In this document: in pieces, positions 21,201 through 30,058 of the stretch
Position numbering within the stretch: the stretch's first letter is position 1
How the letters are laid out: each line of letters starts with the position of its first letter
Virus record (IMG/VR): IMGVR_UViG_3300049979_000188
Source: a virus
DNA: 64,000 nucleotides
Direction: 5' to 3' (one strand)
Made by a program: the position numbers and the translations under genes
The notes under the pieces: generated by a model
The model's database searches: none
Seen by the model: only the letters and a program-made list of their open reading frames with translations
Told to the model about the DNA's origin: nothing

Positions 21201-22260
21201 CATCAAGGAATTTGTCCAAAAGGGGTTGCGTCTGCTGCTCAACGACCAGGGCTATGAATTTGTGGAGGCCTACTACCAGCAGCTCACCAAAATTTACCTG
21301 ATGCAGATTCCCCTGCGCCAGATTGCCAAAAAGGGCAAAGTCAAGATGACGCCGGCGCAGTACCAGAACCGTGGGACCAATAAAAATGGTCAGGTCAAGG
21401 CCCGCCAGGCCCACATGGAACTTGTCATTCAGGAAAAGCTTAAGGTTGACCTTGGGGAAGCAGTTTACTTTGTGTCGACGGGCAAGAAAAAGGCTCATAC
21501 CGAGAGTACCATCGACAAAGTCACCGGCAAGCTCATGGCCTCGGTTTACCGGGAAGAAGATTTGGAACGTGACCCCGACTTGACGGTCGAATACAACGTA
21601 GAGCGCTACATTGACGCCTTTAATGCCAAGGTTAAGCTGCTACTCGTCTGCTTTCCCGAGCACGTGCGCGAGACCTTGCTCAAGGTTAACCCGGCCGACC
21701 GTAACTACTACACGGAGGCTGATTTGGGGCTCATCAACTACGAGAACCCCAAGGACCCACTCAGCGAGTTTTTCACCATGGAAGCCTCCGAAGTGCGTTT
21801 TTGGAACCTCTCCGGGCTTGACCCCTACGAGATGTTTGCCGACTTTACGGCCGATGCCGCCTACGATGGCCACCACTACGCGCGTAAACTAAAGGGCGTG
21901 CAGCAGGTCATGGCCGCTAAGGGCCGTACCGTGCGTTGCTACCGCGAGCGCTACGCAAACGGCGATTTGGTTCTCGGCTTTGAGCGTACGGTGATGGTGG
22001 CGGACCCTGAGACGGGCGAAAAAACGGAGGCCCCGGCCGTTATTCAGCCTTACTTGCTCAACGGCATTAGCACTGATATGGGACTTCCCTTCAATAATCA
22101 GCTCTATGCTCAGCTTCGTAAGTATCGCACGCTCTACGGGCCACACACGCTTATCGAGCCCATCCGTCGCTACCCGCTCTCGGAAGTGCAGCAAGGCGAG
22201 CTCGTGCTCTTGCGTATGCTCTACGACCCAGCCCCCCAGCCGGTAGCCGAGCCCGCTTAG
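18220..22260 (+). CDS. polB: Family B DNA polymerase with 3'-5' exonuclease (1346 aa)
   Basis: Exo DFDLETTG, FNSENFDF, DDLWET; pol DFSGLYPS, KINNNSEFG, LDTDG, KNYA. Confidence 0.93.
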   Translation: MAATTQLVASAQDQDLVHTTPPVKEAKTPAPIDPEIQAFLEGHNPLQYVANVEVPYNQSVGELFVHEPGKAPRIEKVRYRPFVYIRDLKKAGRPFYQNDPKRRSDAMAKHRITIKKVRVTDANGAVNERLANGYCYQVFSDSGNGQQGLMNFFREGGISVWDTKPRTARFELTPPTAAPTEDELYTGLAGQDGCELLFNHVTMRYEVHVEAKFVNTRSQHDEQGDEEFFIRLKAEGKDTLKLEQDFDFYYDEANEKYVLSLLPEAEKPRKIRKRKDGTEYEVPTVAEEIERLSAELVDVTRIDHPLVVARMPEVFTHPEGPVAWCEECVAQLRAEGLWSKVQDRERASYVKERKRLTTQNNRVNKKLQTNLDKQKAAPSRKANTRDPRYTINKLVVEYSVGFSDFFYTIKPVEQLLIQHGIRLFKGYDQYKDVPKLDFDLETTGLFPQTSRVFLIGARTNMGWQKVFRPTKLDDDRAEADMILDFLAYLGQHPPAVFKGFNSENFDFDFLQVRCELLGIPFEIPGLWGKNEQIQRKPGATLKLGGEAEVYTQTIIRGVNVIDIMHAARRVKAVTSDMERYSLKYVCQYEKIAKPNRVYVAGDRIYKLWEENALYYANRETNEYELVQGEAAGLLYAQQVAAGFPGGYEEGENPVDSMVKVPLDLAPYGELTYLTTGRALVYQYLLDDLWETDRVDDAYNEDRFQMAKWMPTGFARTCTMGGSTAWNLMMTAWSYENGLAVPYRQKKYKFTGGLSRTFRLGKFGQVKKVDFSGLYPSLKLQYDVFPMHDVLGVQRRLLHFFTLTRGIYKKIAGDESLPELERNLAKARSGPLKINNNSEFGSGGSFFYYWNFMEGAWETTCRGRQFLRGMVAYFMRYGCVPTVLDTDGVNFEVPELLSVDLDGQPVQTPYPLTQVRYVDLKGREHADFAALVEKYNDDILGQRPYMKLDLEADWPSAINISRKNYANLEAQKDPKKPPKIKFVGNSIKDNNMPAYIKEFVQKGLRLLLNDQGYEFVEAYYQQLTKIYLMQIPLRQIAKKGKVKMTPAQYQNRGTNKNGQVKARQAHMELVIQEKLKVDLGEAVYFVSTGKKKAHTESTIDKVTGKLMASVYREEDLERDPDLTVEYNVERYIDAFNAKVKLLLVCFPEHVRETLLKVNPADRNYYTEADLGLINYENPKDPLSEFFTMEASEVRFWNLSGLDPYEMFADFTADAAYDGHHYARKLKGVQQVMAAKGRTVRCYRERYANGDLVLGFERTVMVADPETGEKTEAPAVIQPYLLNGISTDMGLPFNNQLYAQLRKYRTLYGPHTLIEPIRRYPLSEVQQGELVLLRMLYDPAPQPVAEPA

Positions 22261-22655
22261 CCTTGCTTGCCCTTGCTTAGCTCGGCGGCCATGCGCCGGA
22301 TGTAGGCGCGCTCGTCCTCTGCGATAGCCTGACCTTGGCCGTCCTCGCCCTCTGCGGCGGGGGCGGCCTTTAGGCGTTCCTGCAGCATGACGTAATCGAG
22401 CTGGAGCTTGGTGAGCTCTTTTTTATTGGCCAGCGCATCCTTCATGGTTTTCTGGGCGTTGTTGCGGGCCGTTTCCAAGTTTACCGCATTGGCGGCCCGC
22501 GCCTCGGTGGTCCCTGAGTTGATAAGCAGCTTGATTTCCCGGTAATCGCGTGCGGCGGCTTGGCGCAGGTCCTCGTTTTGGTTGTGGAGCTCTTCGAGCA
22601 TTTTGCGCACGGAATCAGCGCTCATGTCAAGCTTTTGGCGAATCGGACGGGGCAT
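22257..22655 (-). CDS. Coiled-coil hypothetical protein
   Basis: Heptad-rich ORF; TATTTAG upstream on the minus strand; start uncertain (22655 or 22625). Confidence 0.7.
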   Translation of the reverse strand: MPRPIRQKLDMSADSVRKMLEELHNQNEDLRQAAARDYREIKLLINSGTTEARAANAVNLETARNNAQKTMKDALANKKELTKLQLDYVMLQERLKAAPAAEGEDGQGQAIAEDERAYIRRMAAELSKGKQG

Positions 22656-22678
22656 ATACAAAGAAGGGTGAAGCTACC

Positions 22679-22711
22679 CTAAATAGCCTTGCGCGTGGAC
22701 TACGTATTTAG
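22679..22711. promoter_or_regulatory. Divergent pair of TATTTAG motifs
   Basis: CTAAATA at 22679-22685 and TATTTAG at 22705-22711 between divergent genes. Confidence 0.65.
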
Positions 22712-22735
22712 GGGTGTCCCTTTTTCCTTGACCAC

Positions 22736-23002
22736 ATGAGTGAGCTCCTGCTGCGCCTGCGCGCGCTAAGCCCCGATACGCAACCCAATGCCGCTTTGCT
22801 CGAAAGTATTGGGGCCATTGATACCCGTAACCGGGAGCTACTGGCCGCCATGCTCCAGGGTCTGGATGAGCAGGATGAGCTTGCCCATCACTACGAGCGC
22901 CTGATGCGCGCGCTCCTTACCCGCCAGGGAGTGGTTCTACCTCAACCGGAGGCCGCGGAAGTGGCCATCCACAACGTTACCCTGCAGCATGGCTGGAGTT
23001 AA
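22736..23002 (+). CDS. Hypothetical protein (88 aa)
   Basis: ATG ORF after TATTTAG, overlapping the wedge start. Confidence 0.6.
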   Translation: MSELLLRLRALSPDTQPNAALLESIGAIDTRNRELLAAMLQGLDEQDELAHHYERLMRALLTRQGVVLPQPEAAEVAIHNVTLQHGWS

Positions 23003-23354
23003 TTTTGGCGCCCGTAGTTTCGCCGAGCTACGCGAACAGCTCTTCACCTACATTGAGCACTATTACCCCGACCTGATTAGTGATTTCAGCGACGGTGCCA
23101 CTGGCACCATGCTCGTCGAGCTGCTGGCCGGTGCCGTTGAAGGGCTGGAATACCGCCTGGACCGTAATTTTCAGGAAACCCAGCGTTTGCAGGCCCAGCA
23201 GCGGGCCTCGCTCGTGGCCCTGGCCGATAACCTGGGCGTGCGTGTGCCCGGACGGCGCGCGGCCGTGACGGTGGAAGAGTTTAGTGTCACGGTGCCCGTA
23301 GCCGGCGATTCGTACGACGCGGACTATGCGCCCCGCCTGCGGGCGCACGTTTGA
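22989..23354 (+). CDS. Baseplate wedge (T4 gp6/baseplate J-like), N-terminal fragment
   Basis: RSFAELREQL..YI..YYPD..SDFSDGATGTMLVELLA...A.QRASL..LA.NLG; stops prematurely at 23354. Confidence 0.75.
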   Translation: MAGVNFGARSFAELREQLFTYIEHYYPDLISDFSDGATGTMLVELLAGAVEGLEYRLDRNFQETQRLQAQQRASLVALADNLGVRVPGRRAAVTVEEFSVTVPVAGDSYDADYAPRLRAHV

Positions 23355-24786
23355 AACAGTGGCCGACATTGATTTTAATTCCCCGTACTCGGCTACCGGC
23401 GCGGCCAACCAGATACTGATACCAAACTTCGATGCCGGCGGCCGCGTGGCCAGCTATACCATTACCAAACAGGAGATAGTGGTCAATGGGTTGACGCGTA
23501 TTCTGAAAGTGCTCATTCCCACTACCCAGGCCAAACCCTTTTACCGCCTGGTTCTGCCCGACCCGGACGTACTTTCCGTAACCAAGGTGGTCAACGTACC
23601 GGGCCTGGCCAGCGGCAACGACGCCGACTTGCTGCGCAGCCCCCAGGGCAAGGTTTTCCAGGAAGTTGATTTTCTGGCCCAGCCTAAGCTCTTTGTGGAA
23701 GATGCGCTCAAAACAGCTACGCTTGGCCCGGGGCTGGCCGCGGGTCACTGGGTAGAGGTAATCTATAAATTCCTGAGTCGTTACGACGCCTACGGCCGCT
23801 TGGAGCTCACCTTTGGCGGGGGCACCGGTGACGTAGACCAGCTACTTAACGGCCTGGCCGGCTCTGCCCAGCTCGCTGGACTTGCCCCTTACCTGCAGAG
23901 CAATGCCCTGGGGGAAAAAGTGCTGCCGGGTTCTACCCTGCTCGTACAATACCGTACGGGCGGCGGGGTCACCTCCAACGTGGGGCCCGGCATTTTGACC
24001 ACTACCGGCAAAACCCAGTTCACCTTTACCGGCTCCGATGAAATTGTGGCCCAGCGCGTGCGTCGCTCCCTGCGCGTGACCAATCCGCTACCTGCCCTTG
24101 GCGGAGCCGACGAACCGGGTAAGGAAGAGTTGCGGCAGCTCATTGGCTACCAGCACGCGGCCAAATACGCCTGTATTACCTTACTTGACTACCTGGCCGT
24201 CACCTATCAAATGCCGGGTAAGTACGGAGCCCCCGCTAAGGTTTCCTCCTATTTGGAGGATAACGTGGTGATTCTCTCTATTCTGGGTTATGACGGACAG
24301 GGAGCCCTGACGAACCAGAGCACCAATTTACTCAAGGAGAATTTGGGTGAGTACCTCGCCGGCCACAAGGCGGTTAACGACACGGTACAAATACGTGACG
24401 GGCGGCTCTATCACCTGGGCTACGAACTGGAAATACTCAGCGACGGCTCGGCTACGGCAACCGAAATTCTGACCGGGGTAGTGGGGGCTATTGCAGACTT
24501 CCACGCGCCGGCTAAGGCCATTATGGGTGGGACCTTGGTGTTGGCACCTTTACTAGAACAAATCAATAACTTAAACGGGGTGACCAATATTGCGCGCTTC
24601 CGTATTTTTAACCGCACCGGGGCAGGCTATTCCAGTAACCGTACCCAACACCCCTTCTTAGACCCCCTTACCGGCGAATTGGATGTAGCCAAGGGCCTGC
24701 TTACGGCAGGCGTGGATGGCGCCTATGCCGTAAAGGATGTGTTCCACGACGTGCGCGTGACGATTACCAAGTTTACGGGCTTTTAA
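23326..24786 (+). CDS. Baseplate wedge, C-terminal fragment in +1 frame
   Basis: FET..DIDF, LTFGGG, VQYRTGGG..SNV, GGADEP..EELR, ITL.DY, KA.NDTV. Confidence 0.8.
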   Translation: MRPACGRTFETVADIDFNSPYSATGAANQILIPNFDAGGRVASYTITKQEIVVNGLTRILKVLIPTTQAKPFYRLVLPDPDVLSVTKVVNVPGLASGNDADLLRSPQGKVFQEVDFLAQPKLFVEDALKTATLGPGLAAGHWVEVIYKFLSRYDAYGRLELTFGGGTGDVDQLLNGLAGSAQLAGLAPYLQSNALGEKVLPGSTLLVQYRTGGGVTSNVGPGILTTTGKTQFTFTGSDEIVAQRVRRSLRVTNPLPALGGADEPGKEELRQLIGYQHAAKYACITLLDYLAVTYQMPGKYGAPAKVSSYLEDNVVILSILGYDGQGALTNQSTNLLKENLGEYLAGHKAVNDTVQIRDGRLYHLGYELEILSDGSATATEILTGVVGAIADFHAPAKAIMGGTLVLAPLLEQINNLNGVTNIARFRIFNRTGAGYSSNRTQHPFLDPLTGELDVAKGLLTAGVDGAYAVKDVFHDVRVTITKFTGF

Positions 24787-24789
24787 GCA

Positions 24790-26202
24790 ATGGCACAGGT
24801 AAATGTAAGTATGCTCCTAACCCAACTCCAGGCCACGGTAGCCGTGAGCGGGGCCATCGACTCGGCCAGCAACCTGGCCGGCTCGCTGCCCACGGGTCTG
24901 CCCAACGGGCTAAGTAACCCGGCCAAAGACCCCTTTGGGTTTGTCCTGCAGGTGGGTACGCTCTTATTTGGGGCCGAGTTTTTAGAAACAAAGCTCAACG
25001 GCTTGCTGCGCAAGCTTACCGGTACGGTCAACGAGCCAGGCTCGCTGGAAACGCTGCTCAAAGAGCAGCTCTACCGCATGTGCGTGAGTGGCCTGGGCGA
25101 GCAATCCATTCCGTCTGCGTTTGCCAGTACGGGGTATACCTTTCCAGTACGCCTGTTGGATTTATTCGAGCTTTTTCGGCTTGAGCCCGCCAGTGACGAA
25201 GGGCGTGTTGCGCAAAGTGCCTTCGAGCAGGCTCTGGTAACGAACGTGCTACGCCGTCCCGGCACGGCGTATCACTTACCTGACATCCCCTACCTTACGT
25301 TCCGCTCCGACGCCTCAGCCCAGAGCGTTACCATTACCTATGAGCCAACTCTGGGGCCACAGCCGGCTCCTACGCGCCTGGTTGACTTGTTTGCCGACGT
25401 TATCTTCGAGTCCTCTTTTCGCCTGCTGGACCCGGCCCGCATTGCCCTCGATATTCTGGATGTGGTGCTGGGAACTACGGCCCGTGCGCGTGCACCCAAA
25501 GCCCTTGAGCGGGAGCAGTGGCTGGGACAAGTAGTGGATAACTTGAGTGCCGAGACGACCAGTGAAACCTTGTTCGACTTTAGCGCCCCGGCCCTGGCGC
25601 AGCTGCGTACACGCGTGGTGGAACGAACACAGGGCGTAGCCCTCGACCAGGGTTGTGACGGGCCCCAGGGCGTGCAAATTCCCGCCCAGTCCTTGGTGGT
25701 CCCAGTTGTAGGGGGTACCGTGGAGCCGGATTTATACCTAGCTTACCAAACGCTTACTACGACGCACCTTACGCTTAGCTCAACGCCCGGGGCCAAGGCC
25801 GAAGCGCCTGTGCGTGACGCCCTGACCACGGGTCTAGCCAAGGCGCTCGTACTTATTTTGGCCCGTAACACGGTACTGGCCCCGCGCGTATGGTCACTGC
25901 TGGTGCTAAGCAAAGCCATTCAAGGCGGTTACTCGGCCAGTGAGCTCAATCGCTACCTGAGTAAGGGCATAAATGAAGTGGATTTTTCAGCTTTGCTCAC
26001 GGGGGTGCGCCCCTTGCTCGAAGCCGCGGTTCAGGCTATCGTTAGCGCGGGGGTTGCGTATATGGGGGACCAGTTGCTTAAAAAACTCGAAGCCGTTCTA
26101 CGACCCTTGCTGCTCAACATCGCTAGTGAGCAGCAGGCCGCCGCCGAAGCCGTGCTAAGCGGCCTTACCTCAGGATTATCAAAGTCCACTTCTCTTCTCT
26201 AA
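24790..26202 (+). CDS. Hypothetical structural-region protein (470 aa)
   Basis: Long ORF 3 nt after the wedge stop. Confidence 0.75.
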   Translation: MAQVNVSMLLTQLQATVAVSGAIDSASNLAGSLPTGLPNGLSNPAKDPFGFVLQVGTLLFGAEFLETKLNGLLRKLTGTVNEPGSLETLLKEQLYRMCVSGLGEQSIPSAFASTGYTFPVRLLDLFELFRLEPASDEGRVAQSAFEQALVTNVLRRPGTAYHLPDIPYLTFRSDASAQSVTITYEPTLGPQPAPTRLVDLFADVIFESSFRLLDPARIALDILDVVLGTTARARAPKALEREQWLGQVVDNLSAETTSETLFDFSAPALAQLRTRVVERTQGVALDQGCDGPQGVQIPAQSLVVPVVGGTVEPDLYLAYQTLTTTHLTLSSTPGAKAEAPVRDALTTGLAKALVLILARNTVLAPRVWSLLVLSKAIQGGYSASELNRYLSKGINEVDFSALLTGVRPLLEAAVQAIVSAGVAYMGDQLLKKLEAVLRPLLLNIASEQQAAAEAVLSGLTSGLSKSTSLL

Positions 26203-26206
26203 TTTT

Positions 26207-26596
26207 ATGTTAGATGCCTTTCTGGGTAACTTAACTCGTTTGCTCAAGCTGCGCCCTACTACCAATGCCCCTACCATCCCCGTCGTGCTGGTGGAAGCGG
26301 GCGCTGTTGCGCGCCCGGGACTTTCGGCGCAGCGTTCAACGGCAAACGCGCTGGCTGGCTTGCGTAAGCTCAATGTCCCCACGGGGCCCTACCCCGATGG
26401 AACCCCCAACTACAATGACCAGCTCATCTACGTCCTTTACGAGGAGCTCTACCGGGCCCTGCACGAGGATGCCCGCGTGACGGCTGCCGTACCCGCTGGC
26501 ATTAGTTTGCAGGCCCAGGGGGCCTCAGCCATGGGCCCGGTAGTGGTGGCCGGTGCTACCTTGCTTCCGGTTAATGCGTACGGAATCGTGCAGTAG
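26207..26596 (+). CDS. Hypothetical structural-region protein (129 aa)
   Basis: ATG ORF in operon. Confidence 0.7.
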   Translation: MLDAFLGNLTRLLKLRPTTNAPTIPVVLVEAGAVARPGLSAQRSTANALAGLRKLNVPTGPYPDGTPNYNDQLIYVLYEELYRALHEDARVTAAVPAGISLQAQGASAMGPVVVAGATLLPVNAYGIVQ

Positions 26597-26612
26597 TGGG
26601 GTAGATTTTTTT

Positions 26613-26698
26613 TCCGTAAAAGTGGTCGAGTAGGCCTAAAGCGCTTATATTTGTTGCCTATCAGGTCTACTTGTAGTGTGAGGCCTGACTTTAGGCCT
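26613..26698 (+). promoter_or_regulatory. Tandem promoter-like elements with nested leader hairpin upstream of sigma70
   Basis: TAAAAGTG 26617 and TATATTTG 26646; arms 26632-41/26689-98 (perfect 10 bp) and 26661-68/26681-88. Confidence 0.6.
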
Positions 26699-26702
26699 TC
26701 TT

Positions 26703-27572
26703 ATGCGCGCTATTTCTTCCCAGCATATTCGCTATACTGCCCCTGATACGGATACGTTTGCCCTCTACTTACGTGAGATTCGAGCTTACCGTCCCTTGTC
26801 GCGTGAAGAGGAACAGCAGGCCTTTGCCAGGTATAAAACGCCCGCTACCCCGGCCTGGGAGCGGGCGCAGGCCCATAAGAAGCTGATGTTGCATAATCAG
26901 CTCTTTTTAGTTACGGTAGCCAAGCAGTTCCACACGCGGCAAGTGGCCGTGAGTTTGGGTGACCTAGTTCAAGCCGGTAACATCGGCTTACTCGAAGCTA
27001 TCGAGCGCTACGAACCCAGCACTAACCTTAAGTTCATTACCTACGCCGTGTGGTGGTTGCGCAAATACATGAGCGAGGAGCTGGTGCGCTACGACAGCCT
27101 GATTGAGCGTCCCCCGCACCATTTTTTCCGCGAGCAGCGCCAACTTCGTGCCGCCTATCAGGCGGAGCTTACCTCAACGGCCGCCTCGGCGGCCGCCTTA
27201 CCGTTTACCCCGCGTATTGGGGTAGTTAGTTTGGATGCCCCCTTGGGGGAGGACGATTTCGACGGCCATGCCTGTTATCCAAGTCAAAGTCGTCAGGCCC
27301 AGGCCGAAGATGAGCGAGTCGAGCACTTGCAGCAGTATACGCGCCGGGCCCTGGGCCAGTTAAAACCCATTTCGGCTCGGTTACTTACCCTTTTGTTTGG
27401 TCTTGACGGCAGTGAGCCGGCCAGCAAGGAGTACGCCGCCCAGCAGTTGGGGGTATCGGTAGAGACCATGCGTAAGATGCAGCAGCGGGCTCAGCAGGAG
27501 TTAAAGGAGGCCCTGCTCACGCTTACCGGACAATTGGAAGAGAAATTAGCCGAAGAGTTCTTATGTTCTTAA
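26703..27572 (+). CDS. Sigma-70 family (RpoD/RpoH-like) sigma factor
   Basis: YLREIR...LSREEE (1.2), DLVQAGNIGLLEAIERYEP...KFITYAVWW (2), region-4 HTH near the C-terminus. Confidence 0.92.
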   Translation: MRAISSQHIRYTAPDTDTFALYLREIRAYRPLSREEEQQAFARYKTPATPAWERAQAHKKLMLHNQLFLVTVAKQFHTRQVAVSLGDLVQAGNIGLLEAIERYEPSTNLKFITYAVWWLRKYMSEELVRYDSLIERPPHHFFREQRQLRAAYQAELTSTAASAAALPFTPRIGVVSLDAPLGEDDFDGHACYPSQSRQAQAEDERVEHLQQYTRRALGQLKPISARLLTLLFGLDGSEPASKEYAAQQLGVSVETMRKMQQRAQQELKEALLTLTGQLEEKLAEEFLCS

Positions 27573-27748
27573 CTTGCGTCTATGTGCTACTCGGCTTTTG
27601 GGTGCTGAGTAAAATATTTCAATTTGACATTAACCTGCGCGGTAAACGCGTGCGCACCTTTAAATCCCTCACCGCCGAGCAGATACGCCAGAAGCGGGAG
27701 GGCGGCTGTAACTGCGGACCTGGCAAACGCGTAGACTCGGGCAAATGA
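27563..27748 (+). CDS. Small membrane-anchored protein
   Basis: N-terminal hydrophobic helix, CNC near the C-terminus; coupled to both neighbours. Confidence 0.55.
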   Translation: MFLTCVYVLLGFWVLSKIFQFDINLRGKRVRTFKSLTAEQIRQKREGGCNCGPGKRVDSGK

Positions 27749-28821
27749 GCGCAGTAGCAGCAGGCATTCTAACCGCATTCCTCGGGCGCCCAAAGGAAGG
27801 TTCTTACCTTTCGGGCGGCCAATTATCCTACAATTGCCCCCGTTGCCGTGAGCAAAACCACGGCGAGTGGGACAACAAATACAACCTCGACATTACTTTC
27901 CCGGGGGCCCGGGGTCGTCCGCCCCTGGTGGCCAGCTGCTGGAAATGCAGTCTCTCCGTTCCCACGAATCAATTGCTACGTCTCTATGCCCCGGCCAACT
28001 TACTGCAGGCCTGGCGTAGCTATGAACAAACGCTGCCCCCGGGCACGCGCTCAGTGCCGCGTGCCGTGCGTGCAGCTCAGTTACCGGAAGACTTTGAGCG
28101 GGTCCGCGAGCATAGCCAGGACCCCTACATGCAAGCGGCTTGGTTTTACTTGACGGCCCCGGGACCTGAAGGGCGCGGGCTGCCCCCCTTTCTGGTGCAG
28201 GAGCTGGGGTTTGGTATCAGCCGCGAGCCCCGCTGGCTTAACCGGGTCCTGCTGCCCAGTTACGATGCCGAAGGGGAGCTCAACTACGTGATTGGGCGCC
28301 TACTCTGGGACAACGACCCGCAGCAGCCGCCTTATGCCACCACGGCCGGGGTAAAGCGTACCGATATTATCTTCAACGAGCATCGCCTGGACTGGAACCA
28401 GCCCGTTATGCTGGTGGAGGGTATTTTTGATTACGCGGCCTACCCCTACAATACGGTACCCTTGCTAGGTAAAAGTTTGGTTCCTGGCATGCCTTTGGAA
28501 GCGCGGCTGCGCCGCTACCGCCCGCCCGTTATCCTGGGTATCGACATGGATGCCGTGGGTCCGGACCCCTTGGCTCTGGCCCTGCGCGAGGTGGCGCGTG
28601 GCGGCCAGGAGCGGCCACGCGATGTGCTGCGCTCACGCGCGGCCGGGGACCGCGAAGCGCTGCTGCAGCGTTTGGCCGAGCTTGGCATCGAGCAGCGCTA
28701 CTGGCTGGACTTGCCCCGCAACGACATGGGCAAGCTCTTGCAGCACGACGGCTACCGGGCGGTACCGGCGCTGGTGGCGCATGCAATGCGGCCGGACCCG
28801 CCTCGTTTGGCCACTTGGTAA
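27745..28821 (+). CDS. DNA primase (Zn finger + TOPRIM)
   Basis: CPRC...CWKC, RVLLPSY, VMLVEGIFD, GIDMDA. Confidence 0.85.
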   Translation: MSAVAAGILTAFLGRPKEGSYLSGGQLSYNCPRCREQNHGEWDNKYNLDITFPGARGRPPLVASCWKCSLSVPTNQLLRLYAPANLLQAWRSYEQTLPPGTRSVPRAVRAAQLPEDFERVREHSQDPYMQAAWFYLTAPGPEGRGLPPFLVQELGFGISREPRWLNRVLLPSYDAEGELNYVIGRLLWDNDPQQPPYATTAGVKRTDIIFNEHRLDWNQPVMLVEGIFDYAAYPYNTVPLLGKSLVPGMPLEARLRRYRPPVILGIDMDAVGPDPLALALREVARGGQERPRDVLRSRAAGDREALLQRLAELGIEQRYWLDLPRNDMGKLLQHDGYRAVPALVAHAMRPDPPRLATW

Positions 28822-28840
28822 ACGGTGAGAAGAAAACCAG

Positions 28841-28888
28841 TATTTAGGGGTGCCACGCACTAGTCACTCAGACTAGGCTACGTCCCCT
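28841..28888 (+). promoter_or_regulatory. TATTTAG motif overlapping an imperfect leader hairpin
   Basis: agggg...cccct base with inner ctagtc/gactag; ends 3 nt before ATG 28892. Confidence 0.5.
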
Positions 28889-28891
28889 TCT

Positions 28892-30055
28892 ATGAGCGAC
28901 ACGTCCCTTTTACCCACCGGCAAGCTCCCCGAGGCCGCCCCGGCCATGACCCCCGCCCAGCAAGCCCAGCTCTTTAAGCAAGTGCGGGCCACGCTGGGTG
29001 AGCCTGGCCGTCTCTACCCTGAGCTCACCGATGAGGCGCTGCTCACCCAGCTCGAACTAGCCATGGACGATTACTGGTCCATTGTCTACGAGTGGCTTAC
29101 CAGTCAGCAGTGGGGCAACTTGCAGGGCCAGGATGTCAATACGACAAATTTTGTACTGGCCTTTACCAATCGCAGCCTCGATTATACGCACCAATTCACG
29201 GCAGCCTATGGCAAGCAGACCGGCATCGGCAGCTTGTCGACCTGGGAACTCAAGAAAGACTATATCGAAACCGTCGCCGGCCAGCAGGTCTACGAAATAC
29301 CAGCTGGACGTGAGGTGAATGAAGTGCTTTGGCATACCCCCCCAGTTTTAGCTGGTGGTGCAGGCGGGCAGCCCGGCTCGGCCGGGTGGCTGGCGCAGTC
29401 CAACGGCTGGCTCTATGGCAACCAGCCGGCGGCCGCTATTCTACCCACTTACTCGACCCTGCTGGTGGCCCAGGACCGGTTGCAGCGTAACCGGGTTAAC
29501 ATGAGTGAGCACACCTACAAGATTACGGCGGGTCCCGAAGGCACGAAGCACTTGCACCTCTACCCCGTACCGGGCTCCGTGCTGGAGATTCCGGGGCCGA
29601 ATGGCCGCCACGAGGCGGGTAGCTTTGTGTGGTACTGGTACTACGATACCAACGAGCAGGGACGCGACAAATGCGCTGAAGCCAACGCTGATATTATCCA
29701 CCTACCCGACGAGGTACCCTTGCAGCAGTTTAACTGGGGCAAAATGAATGTGGTTTCCCGTACCCGGGTGCGTAAGCTACTCGTACGCAATGCCGTGCGC
29801 TACGTAGGCATTGTGCGTGGTCTGTTCAAGGGTGAAATGCCCTCGCCTTCCAAGGAGGGCAAGACCATTACGGTCGATTACCAGATGCTGCTCGACTTGG
29901 CTAAAACAACGGAAGAAGCGGTCTTGAAGGAAATAGCCGAAAGCCTGGATAAGATAACGACGCTGAGCATGCTCAAGCGCCAGGCCGAGGAAGCCCGCGC
30001 CCTGCACGACACGATTAAATTTCAACCAGCCCGCCAGCCCTTTATCATGGGCTAA
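28892..30055 (+). CDS. Probable neck/head-tail connector protein (T4 gp13-like)
   Basis: LFKQVRATLGEP...ELTDE.L...LELAMDDY N-terminus; late motif upstream. Confidence 0.55.
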   Translation: MSDTSLLPTGKLPEAAPAMTPAQQAQLFKQVRATLGEPGRLYPELTDEALLTQLELAMDDYWSIVYEWLTSQQWGNLQGQDVNTTNFVLAFTNRSLDYTHQFTAAYGKQTGIGSLSTWELKKDYIETVAGQQVYEIPAGREVNEVLWHTPPVLAGGAGGQPGSAGWLAQSNGWLYGNQPAAAILPTYSTLLVAQDRLQRNRVNMSEHTYKITAGPEGTKHLHLYPVPGSVLEIPGPNGRHEAGSFVWYWYYDTNEQGRDKCAEANADIIHLPDEVPLQQFNWGKMNVVSRTRVRKLLVRNAVRYVGIVRGLFKGEMPSPSKEGKTITVDYQMLLDLAKTTEEAVLKEIAESLDKITTLSMLKRQAEEARALHDTIKFQPARQPFIMG

Positions 30056-30058
30056 GTT

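Noticed and set aside
10400-21498. Long antisense ORFs (10400-11272, 14668-15594, 18664-19563, 19579-20613, 20902-21498)
   Set aside because: Shadow ORFs opposite well-supported genes, expected with GC-rich third positions; no motifs or promoters.
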